Shown piece after piece: positions 13,665 to 24,359 of a stretch of DNA of 64,000 bases. Position 1 is the stretch's first letter. Every line of letters starts with the position of its first letter. Below the pieces are notes generated by a model. The model saw only the letters and a list, made by a program, of their open reading frames with translations. It did not search any database and was not told where the DNA came from. The translations under genes were made by a program, and so were the position numbers. This DNA comes from Octopus sinensis (taxonomy: Eukaryota), in assembly GCF_006345805.1 (NCBI RefSeq), contig NC_043003.1, positions 69,378,001 to 69,442,000 on the forward strand, given 5' to 3'.

Positions 13665-14237
13665 ACAGGAACAGGTTGTGTGGATAAGAAACTTTCTTCT
13701 CAACCATGTGATCTCAGGTTCAGTCCCACTGCATGGCACCTTGGGCAAGTGTTTCTGCTACAGCTTCAGGCTAACCAAAGTCTTACGAGTGAATTTGGTA
13801 GACAGAAACCAAAAAACGCCCATCATGCACGTGTGTGTGTGGTCATTTAATGTCCATTTTCCAGGCTGGCATGGGTTGGATGGTTTGACAGGGGCTGGCT
13901 AGGCAGAAGACTGCACCAGGCTGTCCATTTTGGTATGTTTTTTATGGCTGGATGTCCTTCCTAACGCCAACCACCTTACAGAGTGGAGTGAATGCTTTTT
14001 GCCGTGTGTGAGTGTGTAATATGCAGGCCTTGTCTTGATATCATGAGATGCTTGTAAGGGAACATCACCAGAATGCAAGTGATGTTGTTCATTTCCAGTG
14101 TTCTGTAAATAACCTGTCTGGACAGGGGAAATATTATCTTGTCTGGAATGGTTGGTGACAGGAAGGGCATCCTGCCATGTAATTTACCACAATGAATTTC
14201 ATATAAACCATGCAAGCATACAAAAGTGGGCAATAGA

Positions 14238-14285
14238 TGTGTGTGTGTGTGTGATAGAGAGAGTGAGAGTGAGTGAGAGAGAGAT

Positions 14286-14327
<42 letters not shown>

Positions 14328-14412
14328 TGAGATAGAGAGAAAGAGTGGGTGAGTGAAAGAATGAGTTAGTGAGTGAGAGTGAGTGAGTGAGTGAGAGAGT
14401 GAGTGAGTGAGT
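14238..14412. repeat. (GT)n/(GA)n/(GAGT)n microsatellite
   Basis: Read directly. Confidence 0.95.
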
Positions 14413-14887
14413 AAGCAAGCATACATTCACAATGGAGTTACTCAGATAACAATGAAATATTTCGGTGTGCACAATGAATTTTAGAGAAAAAAATTAAACA
14501 ACAATTAGAAAGGAGTTATTCCAATAGATACACAAAAAAATCAGGAAGGGCATGGTTAGAAATCCCCAATACGCTGAGTAGATCAGTGCCATGAAGGCAA
14601 AAGTGGAATATAGAGAAGGGTGCTTGGAATGGTGACAATGTTTATAGTGATAGGGGTGTTTGTAATGGTAAGCACGACAAGTGATACAACTTTATATTAA
14701 AACAACAGAAGGGGTTCTACTCTAAAATAAAACAGGTTTCATGATAAAGGATAACTGCGCTGATCTAAAATTAAACACCAGAGTAGGTGGTGGAGGGTGG
14801 GGTGCAGGCAGATTACCTTCAAAGAATCTTTTGTCAAAGGACTCAGTAATGTCTTACGTTAAGACATGTTTTGTACATCTTGTACAA

Positions 14888-15879
14888 TCAAACAGTAGTT
14901 GGAACTTGTTTTAGAATCTCTGCAGCAAGATTGTAGAATACTTCCAAATCCACTAAATCTTCGGAATTTCCACAAGAATATTTCGGAGCAATCTCATGTA
15001 TTAGAGAGACAAATTCTTGGAGATCTGAATATGTAGTCCTGATGGGGGTAACATCCATTGTTTTGGCTAAAGATGGGTTGCTGGATTTCAAGGGACACAC
15101 ACCTTCCTTTTGAAAAGGACCTCTTTCCATAGAGTATAGTTGTGGGCTATCTATAAAGGAAGTTCCTGCATGATTTTCAGACTGGGTGTCTAACTGTTTA
15201 GAAACTGCAGTTGGTTGAAGTTCTTCACATACATTCTCATCACATTTCATTTTAGATTGTTCTTTAAACAGATCGGTTTTAGAAGAAGTTAGGTGAAGCG
15301 CCTCTATAGAAGGTATGATTTCAACTGGACGAACAGGTATTTCTGCAGCATCTTTTCTGTCTTTAAACAGAGTTTCCAAATATTCCATTACAGATCCCAT
15401 AAGATTTTTATTTTCAAAACCCAATTTGGAGAAATCGAAAAGTGGTAATTCACAAAATTTATTATAACAGACTTCTGTTTCAAAAGATGGCGGACTCTTC
15501 AGAATTCTGAAAGATGCAGCTTTGAATTTTGAATGACATGTTGAGTGATTCAAACTATTTTCAGGAACAGTTCTAGAGAACTCGGAATTTTTTTCATGTA
15601 ACCCATCATCACAATTTCTACTTGAAAAACAACTAGTGTTAAGAATACGGTCGCGAATATTAACAGAACCAGATATTAAATCATGCATAAATAGATACAA
15701 GACACTAGATGCCAGTTTAGAGTCTATTTTAGGCTTTTGAAGATTAACAGAAGACTCCTTAGTCTCCACTTCAGGAATGAAGTGTAGTTGGTGAGGCACT
15801 GACTTCTGTTGATGGCTACATGGATCTTCAATAATATTTGATGATAAAAGCTTAATTCTTTGTTTTGAAGGATTTTGTC
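14888..15879 (-). CDS. Candidate alternative long terminal coding exon (about 330 aa, GQNPSKQRIK...LKQVPTTV*)
   Basis: Longest non-low-complexity ORF in the window; stays open upstream to a ttttgaag acceptor in phase 1, matching the 17452 donor. Confidence 0.65.
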
Positions 15880-16329
15880 CTTCAAAATATAAATAATGAA
15901 ATGATAATCAGTGATTATAAATTGATAAAATTCAAAATAAGAAGGAAATTATTTTAAAAGAAGTTTTTAAATAATTTAATTAGAAATATTATAAATGAAT
16001 AAATAAAGGAGTTTCAGTAGAAATTTACCATGTGATTAATTTCATGAAAATTGCTAAAATAATAAAAACATATTTTAGCAAAATTCAAAATTAAATAATA
16101 TTATTATATTTGTTAGAAAATTAAAAAAATTTTTTTTCAAAATATGAGAAGAGTGCAGAAAGCAAATAAATAAATAGTAATATTTTAGGAATAAATATGT
16201 GTAAATAATAACTAAATTTATCATTGATAAGAATGGAAAAGCAGACAAAATGAAGACAAAGTTGAAAGTTATACTGGCTAAAATGGGGTGGGAGAAAAAA
16301 AAACCTGTTGTAAAATAATTTGATTACAG

Positions 16330-16675
16330 AAAGAGGAGCTCCCAGGAGCAGCCTATCCTGAATTCCTCTGTTATTGCCTGGAGGATTATGATGAACAAGA
16401 GGGGGCTGAGCACCAATCTTTGATGAACCCCTACTTTCCCTGAATTCTCTACTGTACCTGTTGCCCAACCTCACCTTACTGGTAGCGTCCCTGTACAAGG
16501 CTTGTACAGCTCTCACCAACCACTTGTCTATCCCTAGTTTCTGCATTGACCACCAGATAAGAGATCAGGGGACCCTGTCAAAAGCTTTCTCCAAGTCAAC
16601 AAAAGCCAAATACAGAGGTTTATCTTTGGCTAGGTATTTCTCCTGCAGTTGCCTTACCAGAAATATAGCATCGGT
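16330..16675 (-). mobile_element. RTE LINE reverse-transcriptase fragment
   Basis: AIFLVRQLQEKYLAKDKPLYLAFVDLEKAFDRVP...MQKLGIDKWLVRAVQALY. Confidence 0.85.
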
Positions 16676-17149
16676 TGTACTGGCTATTCTTCACGGTAGT
16701 TGACACTACTAAGCTTGCTAGAGTGGAAAAATATAACTTTTTCGTTACAGATTTCATCATCAACCTTTAATGTCCATTTTCTATGATGGCATGAGTTTGA
16801 TGGGTCAACAGGCTCCAATGAGCCACAGAGCCACACCAGAACCCAACATCAACTTTGATATTGAATAATTGGAGCATGACTGAGATGGGATGGAATGATA
16901 GTTGGCTTCTGAGAAATGTCAAGAAACCCAAGTGGAAGGAGTCTCCAGACTGGGAAGACTAAAGAAAACATGGAAAGAAGTGGCAAAGTTTCATCTTAAG
17001 ATGTTCAATCTTTATGGCTGTTAAGAAGGGCACCCAGTTGTAGGAACCATGGCAAAACTGACAATGGAGCTCGATGTAGCCTTAAGACTCACTGGAGCCT
17101 GTCAAACCATCCAACCTATGTCAGCATGGATGAAAGATTTAATTATCAA

Positions 17150-17360
17150 CAGAAAAAGAACATCAGCAACACACCTTAAGAATGAGAACAGTTTACTCCT
17201 TTCGTCAAAGGATTGGGTTCAAAATTCTACCTGAATACCTGATGAAGGCTGGAGAGTACATCAGCCGAAATGTTGTGATAACAACAAACAAGAAGAGGAC
17301 AAATATCCGTCCATTGTAAATAAGATACAAAATCCCTCATCTCAAAAATATAGAATGGTA
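17150..17360 (+). mobile_element. Family A older-subfamily single arm with hammerhead motif and tail
   Basis: CTGATGA 17239, GGCTG/CAGCC stem II, GAAA 17267, tail ...cctcatctcaaaaatatagaa. Confidence 0.7.
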
Positions 17361-17451
17361 TGGACAACAAATGTTAAATAATGATGGTGATGAAATCTGT
17401 ACAAAAAAATTAAATTAAATTAAATTAATGCAAAAATACATAAAAGCTTAC

Positions 17452-17600
17452 CTGCTGCTGCCTTACTTTTACGGGTGACTTCCATGGCGAGCTCTTGTGC
17501 TATGGTTAATAGCTTCTCTCTGTTTTGTCTTTCTTTAGCAACATATTCATGGAGACCATCTTTCATTTCTTCTGGAGCAGTTTTAGCCCATGAATGAACA
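17452..17600 (-). CDS. PLEKHA-like exon (SVHSWAKTAPEE...TRKSKAAA)
   Basis: 149 nt, phase 2/1, ttccag acceptor, gtaagc donor. Confidence 0.9.
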
Positions 17601-18418
17601 CTGGAAGGGAAACAAAAAGAAAAAACACACATTATTTCAGTTATATTATTTCAGATAACCAATAAAAATTTATAGAAATTTTTAATTCTTTTCTTTTCAC
17701 TTTCAGAGAAAAATTATTATTTCAAGAATTATTAATTTGCTAGCAAAATTATTATTTCCTGAATATATAATACTTGTCAAAAATACTTTCTAATGAATCA
17801 CTAAATTTCAAATGATAAACTACTTCAATAGTTAGATTTCAAATGGTATAACTATATTTTTTCTTTAAATAATGGGCCTGTAAAAAAAGTACCCATGACA
17901 TCACCATATAAAAAAGCACCTGTGACAGAACCACATAAAAAGCACCCAGTACACTCTGTACAGTGGTTGGCACTAAGAAGGGCATCCAGCTGTAGTAATT
18001 CTCCTAAAACAGACAATTGGAGCCTGGTGTAGTGTTCTGGCTTGCCACCTCCTGTCAAACTGTCCAACCTATACCAGTAGGTTAAATAGACGTATGATGA
18101 TGATGGACCTAAACTGGTAGTTTACAAGATTCTTGCAGTTCTATATTTAAGAGATGAGGAATTATGTACATTATTTACATTTGATGGATATTTGTCCTCA
18201 TCTTGTTTGTTGTTAACGTTTCGGCTGATATATCCTCCAGCCTTCATCAGGTGTCTTGGGGAAATTTCGAACATGGGTTCTCATTCCTAAGGTATTTTTC
18301 GATGTTGCTGTTATTATTATTATTATTCAGGTCACTGCCTGGAATCGAACTCTGAATATTGGGGTTAGTAGCCTGTGCTCTTAACCACTACGCCATATGC
18401 CCACGAGCATAATAATAA

Positions 18419-18900
18419 TATTGTTGTATTTAGGAATAGTCATTTATCCAGTTTAGCCAATAAAAACACACGCACTATATACTTGGTGTTACTTTGCTTC
18501 AGCATTATTAATTTTTTCGATTAATCTTAATCTTATTTCGGCCAGAGTTCTTTCGTCACACTCCTAAACATAGACACGCATAGAGGTATACGCATGCGCA
18601 AATAAAGACACATACAAAAGGAATACAAAATAGCTGACCGTTAGTAAGGAGAGACACACAAATAAGAAAGAAAAAAGCAAAGGACCACTGATGAGATCAC
18701 AGGAGTGTGACGAAAGAACTCTGGCCGAAATAAGATTAAGATTAATGTAAAAAATGAATAACGCTGAAGCAAAGTAACACCAAATATATAGTGCATGTGT
18801 TTTTATTGGCTAAACTGGCAAAATGACCATTCCTAAATACAACAATATCTGTTTCAACACACGATTTCACATAAAAAATCTTGCAAAACAAATATATAAA
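18419..18900. mobile_element. Family B fold-back element with a distinct minimal hammerhead
   Basis: About 145-bp inverted arms (18419-18565 and 18701-18848), one-sided tail to about 18900, hammerhead core 18682-18726. Confidence 0.75.
18682..18726 (+). ncRNA. Minimal type-I hammerhead ribozyme motif
   Basis: ggacca-CTGATGA-g(a)tcaca-ggag-tgtgac-GAAA-gaac-TC-tggcc: intact core, stem II, short stem III, stem I cca/tgg. Confidence 0.65.
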
Positions 18901-19395
18901 TGTAACATAATAATAATAATAACAACCTTGAAAAATACCTTAGGAATGAGAACCCAGGTTCAAAATTTTCCCCAAGATACCTGATGAAGGCTGGAGGGTA
19001 TATCAACCTAAACGTGTCAACAACAAACAAGATGAGGACAAATATCTGTGAAATGTAAATAAGATTCTTGCAGATAACAACTTCACTGCCCTGTTATGAG
19101 GTTTGAACTCACAACACAACACCAGTAGCTTCTTCCACCAATGCTTCAGGTCAACTAAATTTCCCCCAAAAGGCAAAACATATGAACCCAGATTGTAGAG
19201 AGTTGAAACAAAATACTGCAAAAATCAATCACTGAGTGACTAGAGTCACAAATGTTATATCTCTAGCAATCAGCACTGACACATATAAAGCACATTTTGT
19301 AAATTACAATTTAATTTCAAAATACCAAAGTACTTTGAAGAAAAAAATTTAATTTTAAAAAATTCAATTAAAAACAATATTCAGAAGACATTTAC

Positions 19396-19529
19396 CTCTG
19401 TTCTGCGAGAACTTTCCTAATTCTTTCTGATTTTTCTCTTCGTTTTTCTTTCTCTTCTTCACTTAAATCTTCATCATCAGAATCTGGCATGTACCGTTCA
19501 GGTATCAACACTTTTTCAGGCATCATTAA
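19396..19529 (-). CDS. PLEKHA-like exon (LMMPEKVLIPERYMPDSDD...IRKVLAEQ)
   Basis: 134 nt, phase 0/2, tttcag acceptor, gtaaat donor; KVxIPERY motif of the PLEKHA5/6/7 C-terminus. Confidence 0.92.
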
Positions 19530-20707
19530 CTGAAATTCATTTACAAAAATAGAAAATGCTGTGACATTTAGGCATAGAATGTTTTCTAAGTCATGAAAAT
19601 AGCATTTCACATATCTTCATTATCAGCAAAAGAAAACAGACAAAAAAAAATGTATTATACACAAGAACATCAAGTTAGTAATTATAATAATAATACTGAT
19701 GAAGATAATTAAATACCCAAGGATTAATATTATTAGGTTTCCCCTATATTTAACATGTATTTGCTTATGTGTGCTTAGATCCATCCATCAATGTAAACGT
19801 AATTGAACATAAAAGCTTCATTATGAAACTGTATAAAAGATATTAGTGGTAAAACATTGCCGTTATCATCGTTTAACATCTACTTTTCCATGTTTGAATG
19901 GGTCGGATGGAATTCGGTGAGGTATATTTTCTACGGCTGGATAATCTCCTTGTCACTAACCCTCATCTGTTTCCAAGCGAGGTAATAAAACCTCCATGGC
20001 CAGATATGCTTTTCATGAAAGACAGGAAATGAACAACATCGTTTGTATGACAATGATACTCGTTTATAACCATTATGAGATGTCAAAACAAAGGTATGCA
20101 CAAACACATACATACATAGGTGTGTGTGTGTGTGCGCATGTGTGTACACACATATGATGTGCCTCTTTCAGTTTCCATCAATCAAATCTACTCAGAAGGA
20201 TTTGGTTGGCCCAGGGTGATAGCAGACAAGTGCAGGAATAAAATTTGTTTCGGCAAGTGAAAACCCAGGTCCAAAATTGTTTTTTTTACAAACAAGGATA
20301 ATTTTTTTCAATCTTAATGTGAAAACAAATACAAGTATAATAATAATAATAATAATAATAATTATTATTATTATTATATTTGTACATCAATTAAAGTAAG
20401 GTTTCAAATCAGTTCAAAAATGTTTCTATGATCATTCATTTTGGCAAGGAAGATTTTCAGGAGGAATTCCAAAGCATTTTCTTTGTCCCCAGCCCCAAAT
20501 TTTAGGGGCTGCACTCACACTCCCTGCACCTGAACCGATGAAAGCAGAAGACACTTGCTGAAAGTGACACATAGTAGAACTAAAACCAGATATTCCAAGG
20601 CTGAAAAATAAGCTTCTCAACTGCCCAGCCTCACCTGTATCTAGTTCTCTTAATCAAAAAAAAAATAATAATAATAATAATAACCATGATCATAATGAGA
20701 AACCTAC

Positions 20708-20779
20708 TTCTCTGTCAATAGTCAGTTCATCAAAATTATCAAGAGTTGAACTCTGTATAATATCAGGCATGTTGTTCAT
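20708..20779 (-). CDS. PLEKHA-like exon (MNNMPDIIQSSTLDNFDELTIDRE)
   Basis: 72 nt, phase 0/0, ttgcag acceptor, gtaggt donor. Confidence 0.85.
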
Positions 20780-22163
20780 CTGCAACATCATAAAAAAATT
20801 TTTTAAAACAATGTGAATACATTTGTACATGTAATAAGTAGTTTATTTGAAGAACTGATGAAGGCATAATATTGATCTCTATGAATAAGGGCACAAATTT
20901 GAAGGGAGATAATGTAGTGAATTGTAGTAACCCTGGCAGGATAAAACATTCAAAGACACAAACTAAATACAAGATATTTCACCAGTTCACCAGGAAGACT
21001 ACTCTTTCTTTTCTACTCTAGGCACAAGGCCTGAAATTTTGGGGGAGGAGTCCAGTCGATTACATTGACTCCAGTACGCAACTGGTACTTAATTTATGAA
21101 CCCCAAGTGGATGAAAGGCAAAGTCAACCTCAGCAGAATTTGAACTCAGAACATAGAGACAGACAAAATCCCACTAAGCATTTCATCCGGCATGCTAATG
21201 TTTCTGCTAGCTCGCTGCCTTGAAGGCTACTCTTTCTGCTGCCAATCAACTGCTCTGTATTTTCATGATTACAAATGCAATTAGAATTGTTAAGATCTTT
21301 AGTGTAAACCAGACGTGCATTCATAATCATCGCCATTTAATTTCCATTTTCCATGCTGGCATGGGTTGGACGATTCAACAGAAGCTGGGAAGCCAGAGGA
21401 GTGTATCAGCCTCCAGTGTCTGCTTTGGTATGATTTCTATAGCTAGATACTCTTCCTAACACCAACCATTTTGCAGAATGGACTGGAGGCTTTTATATGT
21501 GGTACCAGCACTAGTGGGATCACCAAGTAACTCACAAGACAAGATGCCCACCTTGACTGAATGGGGAGAAGAACTGAAGAAAATGGTTTTATGCCAGGTG
21601 ATAATAGGGAGATAGGAACAGGTGTCTTGTTGTAGTGGAGTTACATGGCCACCCCAGTTAGAAATGTAAGATGGTGGTGAAGAAGAAGTGTCAGGGCGTA
21701 TCCTCAAGTTACAAAAACTTCCCACCAAAAAGAAAATATTCTAGCAGATTCTAAATTAAGCAAAAGGAAACAAAAACTCCTTCATTGCAATGAAATATCT
21801 ATCTTATTGTTTTTATTTGTTTGAGTTATTAGACTGCGGCCATGCTGGATCACTGCCTTGAAAGAGTTAGTCAAATCAACCTTAGTATGATCGCCGTTTT
21901 ATTTTTTTTTAAAGTCTGGTACTTATTTTATTATTCTCTATTTGTTGAAGTGCTAAGTTAGAGGGACACCAAAAAAAACCCAACAACACCGATTGTCAAG
22001 TGATGCTGGGGGACAAAACAAAAAAAACGTAGGTACTGGGGTTGATCTGTTTGATAAAAACCCTTCAAGGTGATGCCCCAGCATGGCCACAGTCCAATGA
22101 CTGAAATGAATGAAAGATAAACTATGAATTTAAATGATGAAAAGAAACTAAGAACCAACTCAC

Positions 22164-22315
22164 CAGAGAGGAACCAATAATAAGGTCTCCAGCAGCAGTA
22201 TTAAGGGAAGACTTTTGTTCAAGAGCATGCTCCAGTTTAATTGGTTCACTACTTGAAATTGTAAGATAACGAGCTCGTCCACGGGGTGACCTTTTAAGTT
22301 TGGAGTCAGGTGAAG
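22164..22315 (-). CDS. PLEKHA-like exon (SPDSKLKRSPRGRARYLTISSSEP...GSSL)
   Basis: 152 nt, phase 1/0, ttccag acceptor, gtgagt donor. Confidence 0.88.
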
Positions 22316-23118
22316 CTGGAAAATGGTAAAGGGTCAAAATTAGACAATGAAAGCAAAGAGATGGAATATGTTTAGTTAAATTATGTCGCTAGCAGTTGTT
22401 GAATCAGCCACCAACACAGAGACAGATGCTAAATATATATGAAGCTGGCAACACCAACAATTGCAGCTGCAACAGTCAAGGCAAACACAAATTGCATTAG
22501 TTGACATGTCTTTTTTTTTATGGAGATGAAAGATGACACCAATTAGAAAGTTGTTTCAATGATGAAGCTACATACGAAATGTGCAGTGTGGACAGAGGCA
22601 TTAAAAGCAGAGCAAAAAAAAAATGTAAGAAAAGGTAGAAAGCATCACACTGAAATATCAAGTTTTTAGCAACTGAGCAACAATAATAACAAAAATAATA
22701 ATAATAATAATAATGATACAAATAATGTTGTGCATGAAGGAAATGAACTAAAAATAATGACCTGCATCACATGGGGGGTGGAAAGAAAAAGATGAAAGAC
22801 CCCAGAAGAAAAGCCAGGGAAAACAAAACTACTCACATGGTGGTTTATCTGAATGTTAAGGGAATAAAATAAAATAACTAGGTATATATATGGAGATATA
22901 TACATATACAGAGATGTGCTTTCGTTCAATGTTTTATACTAGGAACAAGTGGAACTAAATTTGGAATTGCAAGACGAAAATTCTGTTGTTTTATAAATGT
23001 CCATGGAACTAATATCAATATATACTTGCACGTGTGTGTGTGTGTGCGTGTGTGCATGTGTGCATGGCAAGAGGAGTTATATAAACATATCCATTAGCTT
23101 CCTTGGAGCCATCAAGAT

Positions 23119-23194
23119 GCCTCTGAGGAAGCTAAGATACAGAAGCACTCAGCTCTGAGTGCACATCCTCTTATAGCAGAAACAACTGTAAGCT
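23119..23194 (+). ncRNA. Hammerhead ribozyme-like motif (family D)
   Basis: gcct-CTGAGGA-a-gctaaga...tcttatagc-a-GAAA-caactg-TA-agc; near-palindromic stem III, GUA triplet. Confidence 0.45.
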
Positions 23195-24129
23195 AATGAA
23201 GTTGATTATCTCACTCCTGTCCCCTTGTTATTTATTAATTAATACTATACTCTGTACTCACCTAATGCTCTACTTTAAAGCATAAATATATTGAGTTTTA
23301 ACAACTGGTTATTACTGTCATCACCATCATCATCATCATTAATTATTGTCCATTGTCCATGCTGGCATGTGTTGGACAGTTTGACCAGAGCTGGCACGCT
23401 GGGGAGCTGCACCAGACATGGTTTCTACAGCTGGATGCCTTTCCTAACGTCAACCACTTTACAGAGTGTGCTGAGTACTTTTTACATGGCACAATACAGG
23501 TACTTTTATGTGACTATACTAAGGTGAACTCTCCCTCCCTCTATACACACACACACACACCTCAAATGAATGCATGTATACATGTAAAGGCAACTGAAAC
23601 ATGTGTACACATATATGTGGAAAATTTGGAAAAGAGAGACTTATTCTGACTGTGTTATGTAAGGTTTGTATCAAACAGACAAGAAAGCTCAATGTTATTA
23701 ATATTTATTAGACTGCATCCAAATCCAACAACTTTGAATCAACAGAGTAACAGTTAGGAGGAAATGCTATAACTCAAAGCAACAGCAGGATTCGATTTAG
23801 ACAAATATCAACATTAAAACAATATCTTTTAGTTATTAATTGCACAATGTCATTAAGCAACTTCTTAAAAGTTTTGGCATTGTATGAATGATGATATTAA
23901 CATGTTGCTCAATCAAATATTAATTAACAAATACAAAATATAGACAAGCATATCTATTTTAGCAGAAGCAACAAACACTAAAATAAGTATAATGTAGTAG
24001 CTGGACTTATATAACACAGCATAGAGCTTATGAATTAATTCTATGGAAGAATTAGCACAAATAGAAAAACATAATCCTTCATTTGTCAGAGCTTAATTTT
24101 CAATTTAAAAATCCTAGCAAATATTTTAA

Positions 24130-24359
24130 CCCTTTCGTTATCAACCTAGTTGAAACCAACTCTGGCACCTCTGGCTCTGTAGTACAAATGTCTTGTTTTC
24201 ATAAGTTTTGAATTAAAATCTTCCACCAAACTTTAGTCACAAATTATGTTCCTAACACTAGCTGAATGATAACTAAGTTATTTTACTAAATTCTTTGTTA
24301 TATTTAAAGTAATTACAAGAAACACAGAGTATCTCAAAATAAATAAAGAAAGAAAAGGG
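24130..24359. mobile_element. piggyBac-like MITE
   Basis: TTAA-flanked, CCCTTT TIRs, reverse orientation to 6156. Confidence 0.8.

Larger units (their letters stand above)
18136..19060. mobile_element. Family A fold-back element containing a nested family B element
   Basis: Minus arm 18136-18410 with tRNA-like head, plus arm 18908-19060, TSD AAGATTCTTGCAG at 18126-18138 and 19061-19073. Confidence 0.8.
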
